Of a stretch of DNA of 64,000 nucleotides, positions 25,704 through 35,428 are shown in pieces. Made by a program: the position numbers and the translations under genes. The first letter of the stretch is position 1. Each line of letters opens with the position of its first letter. Source of the DNA: Candidatus Parcubacteria bacterium (GTDB lineage Bacteria; Patescibacteriota; Minisyncoccia; UBA9983); assembly GCA_003599625.1 (NCBI GenBank), contig QZIU01000008.1, forward strand, positions 1,690-65,689. The letters run 5' to 3'. The notes beneath the pieces were generated by a model. That model was given only the letters and a program-made list of their open reading frames with translations. It was not told the DNA's origin and made no database searches.

Positions 25704-27910
25704 AAATTTTAAGTATAGGCACGGACAGAAAAATATTTGATGAGAATTCTGAAGTTAGAAAGAGAGTTATTGAATATGGCAAATTGGCGGAAGAATTACA
25801 CATCGTAATTTTAACTCAAAAGTCAAAAGTCAAAACTCAAAACGACAAATCAAAACTTAGTATATCAAATAATGCGTTTATTTATCTGACAAATTCAAGA
25901 AATAAATTATTTTATATTTTTGATGCAATAAAAATCGGCAAAAAAATAATTGAAAATTGGAAATTGAAAATTGAAAATTCAAGTGACAAGCCTCTTGTCA
26001 CTTGCCAGGATCCTTTTGAAACCGGCTTTATTGGTTGGAGAATTGCGAGAAAATTCAAATTGCCGTTGCAACTACAGGTTCATACCGATTTTTTAAGCCC
26101 ATATTTCTGGAAGGAATCTTTTTTAAATAAAATCCGAGTTTTGCTGGGGAAATTTTTAATCAAACGCGCGGATAGCATCAGGGTTGTGAGCGAAAGAATC
26201 AAACAATCTTTGCTACAAGCTACAAGCTACAAGCTACAAACTAAAGTAACCGTACTTCCGATTTTTGTAGATACGGAAAAAATAAAAAATACGCCGATCA
26301 AAACCGACCTCCATAAAAAATATCCCCAATTCGATTTCATTATTCTGATGGCCTCGCGCTTCAGCAAAGAGAAAAATATTGAGCTGGCGATCGGGGCATT
26401 CAGCGAAGTTGTTAAAATTCATCCAAAAGTCGGCTTAATCATCGTCGGTTCCGGCCAGGAAAAACAGAATTATGAACCTGCCTGCCGGCGAGGCAGGTCA
26501 AGAATAAAGAAAGAATTGCAGAAGAATATAATAATAGAGAATTGGACGGACGATCTAGCTTCTTATTACAAAACTACTGACCTGTTTTTGCTAACCTCCA
26601 ATTATGAAGGCTATGGCAGGACTTTGGTTGAAGCTGCCGCAGTTGGCTGCAAAATCATTTCCAGCGATGCCGGCGTCGCGCCGGAAATTTTGGAAAAAGA
26701 AAATATTTTCGCCGTAGGGGATAAAAATGGTTTAATCCAGAAACTTATTGCCGCTCTTTCTGGCAGTATTAAAGAAACTAAAACGATTCCAACAAAGACA
26801 AAAGAAGAATATTTAAAGGAGTATAAAGAAATTTGGGAATCTGCAGGAAAGAGAAAACCAAAAATTTTAATCGTTACCCAAAAAGTTGATATCAACGACG
26901 ATGTCCTGGGTTTTTTCCACGATTGGCTGAGCAAAATGGCAGAATCGGCCGATTTGGTTGTTGTTGCAAATTCTGTCGGAAGATATGAGTTGCCGGAAAA
27001 TGTAAAGATTTTCTCTTTGGGTAAGGAAAGGGGAGCGGGGAAGCTTGCAAAGTTTTTTAAATACCAGTTCTTGCTATTGAAATTCTTGCCAAAGTCAGAC
27101 GGCATATTTTACCACATGTGCCCGGAGTATGTATTTTCGGCGGGACTTTGGCCGAAAATATTCAGGAAAAAAACCTTGCTATGGTATACTCATAAGGCGG
27201 TTAACTGGAAACTCAAATTGGCGGAAAAATTGATTGACGGGGTATTTACCGCCTCAAAAGAGAGTTTCAGATTGCCTTCAAAAAAAGTCGAGATTACGGG
27301 GCATGGGATAGACCTCGAAAAATTTTCAATTTTCAATTTTCAATTTTCAAAAAAAGACAAAAAGACTAATGATAAATTTAGAATCATAAGTGTGGGGAGG
27401 ATCGCGCCGGTGAAGAATTATGATTTGTTGATAGATGCCGCGGAGATATTGAAAAATAAGAATTTTAGCGCGGGAAATTGGGAAATCAAAATTGCCGGAT
27501 CGCCGGCTTTAGAGAGCGACAAAATTTATTTTGAAAGACTGAAAGAAAAGATCCGAGAAAAAAAACTGGAAGATGAAATAATTTTTGTCGGCCCCATTCC
27601 AAACAAAGATATTGTGGATTTTTACCAAAAAGGCGATCTGTTTGTAAATTTTAGCGATACTGGCAGCTTGGATAAAGCGGTGCTTGAGGCCATGGCTTGC
27701 GGATTGAAGATTCTGACTTCGAATGAGGCGTTTGCAAGAATGATTCCTGAAGAAGATTTTACTAAGAATGACGCTGGTTCAATCGCCAATAAAATATTTA
27801 ACTTATCTCAAAAAGAAAATAATTCAGATCTGCAACTATTTGTTGTAGAAAAACATAACCTTGCTAATTTGATTAAAAATGTCGTGAATTTTTATAGAGA
27901 GACTATCTAG
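25700..27910 (+). CDS. Tandem two-module glycosyltransferase family 1 protein (two GT-B units)
   Basis: Two E-x7-E-type C-terminal GT1 motifs (EGYGRTLVEAAAVGCKIISS and GSLDKAVLEAMACGLKILTS). Carries four short-repeat insertions. Confidence 0.8.
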   Translation: MKILSIGTDRKIFDENSEVRKRVIEYGKLAEELHIVILTQKSKVKTQNDKSKLSISNNAFIYLTNSRNKLFYIFDAIKIGKKIIENWKLKIENSSDKPLVTCQDPFETGFIGWRIARKFKLPLQLQVHTDFLSPYFWKESFLNKIRVLLGKFLIKRADSIRVVSERIKQSLLQATSYKLQTKVTVLPIFVDTEKIKNTPIKTDLHKKYPQFDFIILMASRFSKEKNIELAIGAFSEVVKIHPKVGLIIVGSGQEKQNYEPACRRGRSRIKKELQKNIIIENWTDDLASYYKTTDLFLLTSNYEGYGRTLVEAAAVGCKIISSDAGVAPEILEKENIFAVGDKNGLIQKLIAALSGSIKETKTIPTKTKEEYLKEYKEIWESAGKRKPKILIVTQKVDINDDVLGFFHDWLSKMAESADLVVVANSVGRYELPENVKIFSLGKERGAGKLAKFFKYQFLLLKFLPKSDGIFYHMCPEYVFSAGLWPKIFRKKTLLWYTHKAVNWKLKLAEKLIDGVFTASKESFRLPSKKVEITGHGIDLEKFSIFNFQFSKKDKKTNDKFRIISVGRIAPVKNYDLLIDAAEILKNKNFSAGNWEIKIAGSPALESDKIYFERLKEKIREKKLEDEIIFVGPIPNKDIVDFYQKGDLFVNFSDTGSLDKAVLEAMACGLKILTSNEAFARMIPEEDFTKNDAGSIANKIFNLSQKENNSDLQLFVVEKHNLANLIKNVVNFYRETI
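25814..25856 (+). repeat. Heptamer-periodic tract (NNcaaaa)x6 inside the GT gene
   Basis: ctcaaaa gtcaaaa gtcaaaa ctcaaaa cgacaaa tcaaaac, in frame (QKSKVKTQNDKSKL). Confidence 0.75.
25951..25978 (+). repeat. (gaaaatt)x4, 28 nt, reverse complement of the aattttc tract, in frame
   Basis: Direct reading. Unit 2 is ggaaatt. Confidence 0.85.
26212..26239 (+). repeat. (gctacaa)x4, 28 nt, in frame (LQATSYKLQ)
   Basis: Identical to 22777-22804. Confidence 0.9.
27321..27348 (+). repeat. (aattttc)x4, 28 nt, in frame (FSIFNFQFS)
   Basis: Identical to the intergenic tract at 1660-1687. Confidence 0.9.
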
Positions 27911-28218
27911 CAGTATGGGACTGGTTCATTGTTCCGGTTTTCCATATGCCTAAGCTTTCCATTCTTTCATCAACCGGGGTCGTTATAATGATATTGTTTA
28001 TTAAAGGTGGGTGTCAGGAATTCCCCAAAGATTCATCTGCAAAGAATGAGTTATTAAAGAGAAATGTTAGCAGTATGATTAAATCGTTATTAATCCTTTC
28101 CATTGGCTGGATTGTTAAGTTCTTCATCTAAAAATAGTCTAACCAGGAACTTTCTGAGCCCAAGACGTTTGTCTTTGGGCTCTTTATTTTTTATAACAAT
28201 ACTGTTAAGATAAACACA

Positions 28219-29268
28219 ATGAAAAACAAGATACTTATCACGGGCGGGGCTGGATTTATCGGAGTTAATTCGGCCAGGCGTTTTTTAAAAAATGGCTGGG
28301 AGGTGCATATTTTAGACAATTTTTCCCGCAGGGGAACAGATCTGAATATCGAAAAGTTAAAGAACGAGTATTCAACATCCAAGCTAAAAATAATTAAAGC
28401 TGATATAGTAAAAGATTATTCTGTATTATGCGTCGCGGTCTCTGATGTTGACGTTGTTCTTCATTTGGCCGCGCAAGTTGCCGTAACTACTTCGGTGGCC
28501 AATCCCAGGCATGATTTTGAGACTAACGCCATAGGATCTTTCAATGTCCTTGAAGCTGTCAGGTTGTCTGACAATAAGCCCATCGTTCTATATTCTTCCA
28601 CAAACAAAGTTTACGGCTGCCTCGAACATCTGCCGGTCAAAGAATTTGATAAGCATTATCAATTCCACGATAAAGAAATACATAAATACGGAGTCCATGA
28701 GAACGTAAATTTGGATTATCATTCTCCTTATGGTTGCAGCAAAGGAATAGCTGACCAATATTTTATTGATTACAACAGAATATACGGACTTAAAACGGTT
28801 GTTTTCAGGCAATCGTGCATATACGGACCTCACCAGTTTGGAATAGAGGATCAAGGTTGGGTGGCTTGGTTTACCATTGCCAGTATGTTGGAAAGGGGTA
28901 TTAATATTTATGGAACGGGTAAACAGGTAAGGGATTTATTATTTGTGGACGATCTCTCACGGTTATATGAGTTGGCTATAGAAAAAATAAATAAAACTGC
29001 CGGGAAAGCTTATAATATCGGCGGCGGTCCTGAAAATAAGCTATCATTATTGCAATTCCTGGATAAACTCATGTCGCATATGGGCAGGGAAATCCCATTG
29101 GCGTATTCTGACATAAGATCCGGCGACCAGCCTATTTTTATCGCTGACACCAGAAAGGCTTTTAACGAAATCGGTTGGAAACCGGAATACGATTTTAATG
29201 AAGGCTTTGATGCAATGTCGGAGTGGGTTAAAGGGAATAGAGGAATATTTAATAGTTTCTTCAATTAA
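28219..29268 (+). CDS. NAD-dependent sugar-nucleotide epimerase, CDP-paratose 2-epimerase (Tyv/RfbE)-like SDR
   Basis: GGAGFIG Rossmann motif, YSSTNKVYG, and catalytic YGCSKGxADQY. Strong overall resemblance to the CDP-tyvelose epimerase family. Confidence 0.8.
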   Translation: MKNKILITGGAGFIGVNSARRFLKNGWEVHILDNFSRRGTDLNIEKLKNEYSTSKLKIIKADIVKDYSVLCVAVSDVDVVLHLAAQVAVTTSVANPRHDFETNAIGSFNVLEAVRLSDNKPIVLYSSTNKVYGCLEHLPVKEFDKHYQFHDKEIHKYGVHENVNLDYHSPYGCSKGIADQYFIDYNRIYGLKTVVFRQSCIYGPHQFGIEDQGWVAWFTIASMLERGINIYGTGKQVRDLLFVDDLSRLYELAIEKINKTAGKAYNIGGGPENKLSLLQFLDKLMSHMGREIPLAYSDIRSGDQPIFIADTRKAFNEIGWKPEYDFNEGFDAMSEWVKGNRGIFNSFFN

Positions 29269-29271
29269 AAG

Positions 29272-30369
29272 ATGAAAATAGGATTTGTCGCAGAACCTTA
29301 CGAAGAGAAAAACGCCTCCGGAATGGGTCATGTTGTTTTGGAACTAATAGATGCGTTCCTAAAAAAAGATTCTCAAAATGAATTTGTAGTATATTCATCC
29401 GCGACATTTGCTAAGAAAAGAATGTCAAGTAATGCAACGAATGTTTTGATTCCAAAAAATTTTTTTCATAAGATTTATTGGTTTTTTCGAAACCATTCCG
29501 AATGTGACGTTTTATTTTTTATAGTCCCGCTACTTCCTCTAATTCTCCCCAGAGAATCAAAGACAATTCTTATCTGTCAAGAGTTGGCGAGCCAAAAAAT
29601 CAAACCAGATAATCTTTTTGAATCAATAAAGGCTTTTTTGCGAGACAAGGTTTTGATGCCCATATCTTTAAAAAGAGGTTCATTGATTATTGCCGCCTCC
29701 AATGCCACGAAATTTGACCTTTTAAAATTTTACAACTTGAATGAAAGTAAAATCAAGGTAATTTATAATGGTTATCAAAAGTTTCAGGAACCGATCAAAT
29801 CATCTTGCAATCCGAATCAGCGACCTTATTTTTTCTTTGCCGGTAAAGTAAAGTACAGGAAAAATGTTCATGGCATAGTTGAGGCTTTTATTAAATTCAT
29901 AAGTAAGCATAATGTTGATTGCGATCTTAAAATAGCGGGCAGTTACGGAGGAGAATATTACGAAAACATTTTGGAAAATATTGGAAAAAATGGTTTAATA
30001 GACAAGGTGAAGTTTCTGGGGTATGCCGATAAAGATCAAATGTTTCATTTATATAAGAACTGCGTTGCGTGCTTATTCCCATCAATTAACGAAGGTTTTG
30101 GCATGCCAATAGTCGAGGCGATGAGTCTGGGGGCCCCGGTGGTAACTTCCAATATCTCTTCCATGTCTGAAGTTGCCGGCGAGGCCGGTATTTTAGTGGA
30201 TCCCTTCAATACTGATCAGCTTGCTAATGCAATGTGGAATATTTTTTCAGATAAAAATTTAAGAAACAATCTCATAAAAAAAGGAAAAGATAGGTCAAAG
30301 CTTTTTTCTTGGGACAAGGCCGCTAAAGAATATTTGGAAAATGCTTATTATTTGACTGACGCTAACTGA
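29272..30369 (+). CDS. Glycosyltransferase family 1
   Basis: FPSINEGFGMPIVEAMSLGAPVVTSN motif. Confidence 0.85.
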   Translation: MKIGFVAEPYEEKNASGMGHVVLELIDAFLKKDSQNEFVVYSSATFAKKRMSSNATNVLIPKNFFHKIYWFFRNHSECDVLFFIVPLLPLILPRESKTILICQELASQKIKPDNLFESIKAFLRDKVLMPISLKRGSLIIAASNATKFDLLKFYNLNESKIKVIYNGYQKFQEPIKSSCNPNQRPYFFFAGKVKYRKNVHGIVEAFIKFISKHNVDCDLKIAGSYGGEYYENILENIGKNGLIDKVKFLGYADKDQMFHLYKNCVACLFPSINEGFGMPIVEAMSLGAPVVTSNISSMSEVAGEAGILVDPFNTDQLANAMWNIFSDKNLRNNLIKKGKDRSKLFSWDKAAKEYLENAYYLTDAN

Positions 30370-30392
30370 AGCCAGCAATATACCTTACAATT

Positions 30393-31112
30393 ATGGCCGA
30401 AACTGAAATAAAAAAACTTTCAATAATAATACCCGCATATAACGAAATTAAGACTATTGAGGAATTGATAGAAAAAGTGGAGGCAGTAAAGCTGCCTTTG
30501 CTTAAAGAAATAATAGTTGTGGATGATTGCTCCACGGATGGCACTGCTGAGGTATTGGTTAAATTAGGCGGAAAAAAGGAAAATCTCAAAATTATTCTCA
30601 GTCGAAAGAACGGAGGGAAGGGCTCAGCTTTAAAATCAGGATTTTTTGCTGCCACGGGTGATATAATAATAATTCAGGATGCTGATCTGGAATATGATCC
30701 GGAAGAATATGGAATATTAATAGAGCCGATGTTGCTGGGAAAGGCGGACGTTGTTTACGGCTCTAGGTTCTTTACCGGAAAAGCAAAAAGGGTGCTTTAT
30801 TTTTGGCATATTTCTGCCAATCTTTTTTTAACCTTTCTTTCTAATTTATTAACCGGGCTTACCCTTACGGATATGGAGACGGGGTATAAAGCTTTTCGCA
30901 GAGAAGTGGTTGATTCGTTTAAAAGTGATATCAGGGCAAAAAGATTCGGTATTGAGCCGGAAATAACGGCAAAAATTGCGAAGGGAAAATGGAGGATTTA
31001 CGAGGTTGGCATTTCATACTATGGGAGGACGTATACTGAAGGAAAAAAAATAAGTTGGAAAGACGGTATTGCGGCAATTTGGCACATAGTTCGATTTAAT
31101 TTATTCAAGTGA
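30393..31112 (+). CDS. Glycosyltransferase family 2 (polyprenyl-phosphate glycosyltransferase, DPM1/GtrB-like, soluble)
   Basis: LSIIIPAYNE...VVDDCSTDGT and QDADLEYDPEE (DxD) motifs. Confidence 0.85.
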   Translation: MAETEIKKLSIIIPAYNEIKTIEELIEKVEAVKLPLLKEIIVVDDCSTDGTAEVLVKLGGKKENLKIILSRKNGGKGSALKSGFFAATGDIIIIQDADLEYDPEEYGILIEPMLLGKADVVYGSRFFTGKAKRVLYFWHISANLFLTFLSNLLTGLTLTDMETGYKAFRREVVDSFKSDIRAKRFGIEPEITAKIAKGKWRIYEVGISYYGRTYTEGKKISWKDGIAAIWHIVRFNLFK

Positions 31113-31123
31113 TGTAAAAAAAA

Positions 31124-32527
31124 ATGAAGGTAATGCTTTTAAAACCGTATTCGGCATCGGATGAGTTGATACCGCCATTCGGGTTGGGTTATTTGGCCAC
31201 GGCTATCAGGGATAAACACGAGGTGGAAGTTGTTGATGGCATTAAAGACAAAATAACACCGGATAAGTTCGAAAAAATTATAGAAGGAAAGAATTATGAT
31301 GTTATTGGCATCCAGATTTTCACTTTCCATATTCCGATAGCCAAAAAATACATACAAGCAATAAAAAAAATTTCTCCTTCAGCAAAAATAATACTCGGCG
31401 GTCCTCATCCCTCGTGCAGCCCGGCAAATATTTTTGGAATTTTCCCCGATATTGATTGGGCGTTTAAAGGGGAAGCAGAAATTGGCTTAGCCAAGCTTCT
31501 TGAGCTGATTTCTGGCGGTAAAACGAATGAGGAAAATCTTGCGATTGTACCTGGTTTAATATGGAAAAAAGGAGAAGTGGCAAATGTTAATAAACAGATA
31601 TTTGTTGATAACCTTGATGAGCTGGGTATGCCTAGCTGGGATTTGTTAAAACCGAATACTTACCCCCTTTCTCCTCATGGCGGCTTTTTCAAAAATTATC
31701 CGATTGCGCCAATAATTATAACCAGGGGATGTCCATTTTCATGCACTTATTGCGCCGGACATTTGGTTAGCGGGAAAAAGATAAGATTCCGCAGTATTGC
31801 CAAGGTTATAGAGGAAATAAAAGTTCTTTATCATGATTATGGGATAAGAGAAATCCACATAGAAGATGACAACTTTACCATGCGGCATGAATTGGTATAC
31901 AAGTTTTGCGATGAGTTGAAAAAAAATAATTTGAAAATAACATGGACTTGTCCAAATGGCGTTAGACTGGATACGTTAACCGAAGATCTGCTTTTTGCAA
32001 TGAAATCCGCGGGCTTATACAGCATATCCGTCGGCATAGAGTCTGGTTCGAAAAGAATACTCAAAGAAATGAAAAAAAGCATAACAAAAGAGAAGATAAA
32101 AGAAAAAATCAACCTTATAAAAAAATGCGGCCTTGAAGTGTCTGGATTTTTTATCATAGGTTACCCGTCTGAGACAAGAGATGATATTATGCAAACTATA
32201 AATTTCGCTCTCGAGTTGGATCTTAAAAGAGCCGGCTTTTCTCTTTTTAAACCTTTCCCGGGGACCGAAGCTGCCGATAATCTTATAAAAAGCGGGGATC
32301 TTGACGCGATGACCGACGAAGACTGGAGTAGATTTGTTTTGGCTGATACTGTTTATGCTCCGCCCGGTTTTACAAAGAAAGAAATGAGGCTGCTTCGCAG
32401 GAAGGCCTTGATAAGGTTTTATTTCCGGCCAAAAATATTCTTTAAGTTTGTAAAAGAAATTAGAAATTTTGATCATCTGAAGCTTGTAATTAAAAGAGCT
32501 TACAGTTGGCTTGTTGCCTCCAGGTAA
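31124..32527 (+). CDS. B12-binding radical SAM enzyme (class B radical SAM, probable C-methyltransferase)
   Basis: N-terminal cobalamin-binding-like domain plus a radical SAM CxxxCxxC motif (GCPFSCTYCAG). Confidence 0.85.
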   Translation: MKVMLLKPYSASDELIPPFGLGYLATAIRDKHEVEVVDGIKDKITPDKFEKIIEGKNYDVIGIQIFTFHIPIAKKYIQAIKKISPSAKIILGGPHPSCSPANIFGIFPDIDWAFKGEAEIGLAKLLELISGGKTNEENLAIVPGLIWKKGEVANVNKQIFVDNLDELGMPSWDLLKPNTYPLSPHGGFFKNYPIAPIIITRGCPFSCTYCAGHLVSGKKIRFRSIAKVIEEIKVLYHDYGIREIHIEDDNFTMRHELVYKFCDELKKNNLKITWTCPNGVRLDTLTEDLLFAMKSAGLYSISVGIESGSKRILKEMKKSITKEKIKEKINLIKKCGLEVSGFFIIGYPSETRDDIMQTINFALELDLKRAGFSLFKPFPGTEAADNLIKSGDLDAMTDEDWSRFVLADTVYAPPGFTKKEMRLLRRKALIRFYFRPKIFFKFVKEIRNFDHLKLVIKRAYSWLVASR

Positions 32528-33995
32528 AATGAAACAAATCTCAAAAATTCGCTTAATAATGATTTCTTTGTTATTAGCCTCAGCAGTTTTTCTGATCACT
32601 TTTCGGTTCGCTGAAACGCCTAAAGTCTGGATAGATGAAGGTATTTTTACGGAGACGGCAAAAAATTTAGCCGTAAAAGGCAATTCCGGCATTCAGATAA
32701 ACCCTCAAAAAATAATATCTTCAGCAGCCTGGTCAACCGCTGGGTATCCGCTTATATTTCCTGTTGCAGCAAGTTTTAAAATATTTGGCGTTGGGCTTAT
32801 GGAGGCGCGTTTGCCTATGCTTATCTATTTGATGGGATTAGTCGTTGCTTTTTATGTTTTCTCCTTTAGAGTCGCCGGTTTCTATGCCGGGGTTTCTTCG
32901 GTTCTGCTTCTTTTAAGTTTTTCTCCCTTTTACGGGAATGGCAGGCCTGTCCAAGGGGAAATACCTGGTCTGGTGTTCTTTATTTTTGCTTCAGTATTTC
33001 TTTTTAATTGGGAAAAAAGAGACTTCAAAAAAACAGCTCTTCTTTTTTGGTCGGGATTATTTTTTGGTTTGGCTGCTTCCTCTAAACCTCTATATTTAAT
33101 GCTAATCTTGCCGACATTGCTATTGATCTCAATTTTGATCAAGAAAAAAGGCGGTTATTTTAAAAATCTGATTTTTTTTGGAGGGGGCTTTATTATTCCC
33201 TTGGTGTTGTGGTTTTTTACCCAGTTTCCTAATTTTTCATTGTTCCAAAAAGCTCTCCGGATTTATTTTACGGCCAACCCTGACGCCTCGGTCTCTTCCA
33301 CCGATTCCATCTTAAGTAATATTCCAAAATTTTTTAGCGAATCAACGCCAATGCTATTTATGGCGATGCTTTTTCCAGCTGTTATTTTTTACTCTATAAA
33401 AGTAATAAAAAGAAAAAAATATACCATTGCTGAAGTTGCCATTTTGATTTTTATAATCTTGAACCTGTTTGCCTTTTTAAAGGGGCCGGGTTGGTATAGA
33501 CATTTTTTTCCGGGGCATATTTTGTTGTATTTAATAATACCTGTTATTTTAATTGAGTCGTATAAATTCTTTTTAGAAAAAAAACGTTTAAAAAATATAG
33601 CAATAGCGATCCCAATTATTTTTATTGTATTTACCGCGACGCAGTTTTATCACTTGTTGTTTTTGTCCCAAACTTCTTTTGTCGTAAAAAGAGAAAGGAA
33701 TAAGCAACTGGCGGAAGTTTTAGGTCAAATAAAGGCGAACAAAACGGTTTTTCTTTACAATGCCATAGAAGCTGCCATTTTTTTAAGGCATGATAATTAT
33801 TTTCAATATCTTAAACCTTCCGATTACTTGGAAGAAGGAGATAAAAATATTTTGAAAGAGCCATATACTGATTTCATTTTAATTCATGCCGATGAAGCGC
33901 AACAACAAGGCTTTGATCCTAAATGTTATCGGAAAAAGGAGATCGATCAATATTATTTATTTGAAAAAACACCAGATTGCTTAAAGGTATCATGA
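32511..33995 (+). CDS. GT-C fold membrane glycosyltransferase (ArnT/PMT family-like)
   Basis: ~11 TM helices with the N-terminal periplasmic-loop motif PKVWIDEG. Paralogous to 43999-45477. Confidence 0.7.
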   Translation: MLPPGKMKQISKIRLIMISLLLASAVFLITFRFAETPKVWIDEGIFTETAKNLAVKGNSGIQINPQKIISSAAWSTAGYPLIFPVAASFKIFGVGLMEARLPMLIYLMGLVVAFYVFSFRVAGFYAGVSSVLLLLSFSPFYGNGRPVQGEIPGLVFFIFASVFLFNWEKRDFKKTALLFWSGLFFGLAASSKPLYLMLILPTLLLISILIKKKGGYFKNLIFFGGGFIIPLVLWFFTQFPNFSLFQKALRIYFTANPDASVSSTDSILSNIPKFFSESTPMLFMAMLFPAVIFYSIKVIKRKKYTIAEVAILIFIILNLFAFLKGPGWYRHFFPGHILLYLIIPVILIESYKFFLEKKRLKNIAIAIPIIFIVFTATQFYHLLFLSQTSFVVKRERNKQLAEVLGQIKANKTVFLYNAIEAAIFLRHDNYFQYLKPSDYLEEGDKNILKEPYTDFILIHADEAQQQGFDPKCYRKKEIDQYYLFEKTPDCLKVS

Positions 33996-34786
33996 TTTCA
34001 TTTATAAAAAAAATCTTTTACTTACCCGAAGCGGCAGAATGGTTGATGAGAAAAGATAGTGCTGATAATTATATTATTCACAGAAGAATAATATCTAAAA
34101 AAAAGCTTTTACGGAAAATTTATTCATTTTACTTCTCTGAAGTGACAGGGCATTTTAGTTATTTGAAGGAAAAGAAGATAATTGAAATTGGCTCTGGGGC
34201 TTGGAGTATGTCATTGTATAATCCTAAAATTATTTCTTCCGATCTTATAAAAAACAAATTCGTAGAAATGTCTGTAGATGCCCAAAAAATGCCTTTTAAA
34301 GACAATGATCTTGACGGTATTGTCATGATTGATGTCTTGCATCATTTACCAGACCCTGAAAAATTTTTTCTTGAAAGTGTCAGAGTCTTGAAAAAAGGAG
34401 GGCGAGTCGCAATGATAGAACCATATCTTAGTCCTCTTGGGAAATTATATTATAATTATATCCACCATGAAGAATGCGATCATAAGTCCTTGTCATGGAG
34501 TCTGCCTCAGGCTTCCGGGCGCTTAAGCGGATCAAATTTAGCAACCCCTTTCAATATTTTCATAAGAGACAGGGAATTATTTAGAAATAAGTTCAAAGAT
34601 TTAAAGGTGCTAAAAATATCTCTTCATACGTGTTTTTCTTATTTTTTGTCCGGAGGTTTGTCTTTTCGGTCATTAGTTCCCAATTTTTTAGCTGGTTTTA
34701 TAATGTTTTTAGAAAGAAAGATATTTTTTTTATACCCCTATCTGGCAAGTCAGATGACTATTGTATTGGAAAAAAAAGATAATTGA
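33977..34786 (+). CDS. Class I SAM-dependent methyltransferase
   Basis: IEIGSGAWS (motif I) and VLKKGGRVAMIEP. Confidence 0.75.
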   Translation: MLKGIMISFIKKIFYLPEAAEWLMRKDSADNYIIHRRIISKKKLLRKIYSFYFSEVTGHFSYLKEKKIIEIGSGAWSMSLYNPKIISSDLIKNKFVEMSVDAQKMPFKDNDLDGIVMIDVLHHLPDPEKFFLESVRVLKKGGRVAMIEPYLSPLGKLYYNYIHHEECDHKSLSWSLPQASGRLSGSNLATPFNIFIRDRELFRNKFKDLKVLKISLHTCFSYFLSGGLSFRSLVPNFLAGFIMFLERKIFFLYPYLASQMTIVLEKKDN

Positions 34787-35427
34787 CATTTAAAATCATG
34801 AACCTAATTTTACCAAAAAAAGAAAAACTTATAATGACCAACGCGGAAGATCCCTTAAAATATTATTATTGGCCAATTGCCAGTTCTTTTTATAAGAAAA
34901 GGTTACTTGATGTAATCTCACTGTTGGGGAATAAAAGATATGAAAAGATTTTAGATATTGGATTCGGCAGTGGGATTCTATTTCCCGAGCTTAGAAAAAA
35001 GGCCGGAGAATTGTATGGATTGGAAACACATGATAAGGTCATGGATGTTCAAAGTGCCCTGGCGGACATGGGCGTCCGGACATTTTTGAGTAAAGGAAGT
35101 ATTTTGAACATGCCATATGAAGAAAATTTTTTTGATGCGATTGTTTCAGTTAGCACGCTGGAGCATGTAAAAGAACTAGAGGAAGCATCCAATGAAATAG
35201 TCAGAGTCCTAAAGCCCGGGGGTGTTGCGGTGCTTGGTTTTCCCGCGCGCAACTTCATTACGGACTTTATTTTTACAATTTTCGGAAATAATCCGAGAGA
35301 ACTGCACCCATCGAGCCACAAAGACATTCTTTCAGTCTTCGACAAAAAGATGTTAAGAGGAAGGGTTATAAAGTTTCCTCAATATTTTTTTAACTTATAC
35401 GTGTCGGTTCTTTTTATAAAGAAATAA
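34783..35427 (+). CDS. Class I SAM-dependent methyltransferase
   Basis: ILDIGFGSGIL motif I and VLKPGGVAVLGFP. Confidence 0.75.
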   Translation: MTFKIMNLILPKKEKLIMTNAEDPLKYYYWPIASSFYKKRLLDVISLLGNKRYEKILDIGFGSGILFPELRKKAGELYGLETHDKVMDVQSALADMGVRTFLSKGSILNMPYEENFFDAIVSVSTLEHVKELEEASNEIVRVLKPGGVAVLGFPARNFITDFIFTIFGNNPRELHPSSHKDILSVFDKKMLRGRVIKFPQYFFNLYVSVLFIKK

Positions 35428-35428
35428 T

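Noticed and set aside
1660-27348. The 28-nt repeated tracts as a possible CRISPR array
   Set aside because: Units are contiguous tandem heptamers with no spacers. Copies are kilobases apart and partly inside coding sequence. There are no cas genes.
27946-28131. 61-aa ORF between the tandem GT gene and the epimerase gene
   Set aside because: Short, no RBS or motif. The region ends with a good terminator hairpin (28158-28196) and is probably a non-coding spacer.
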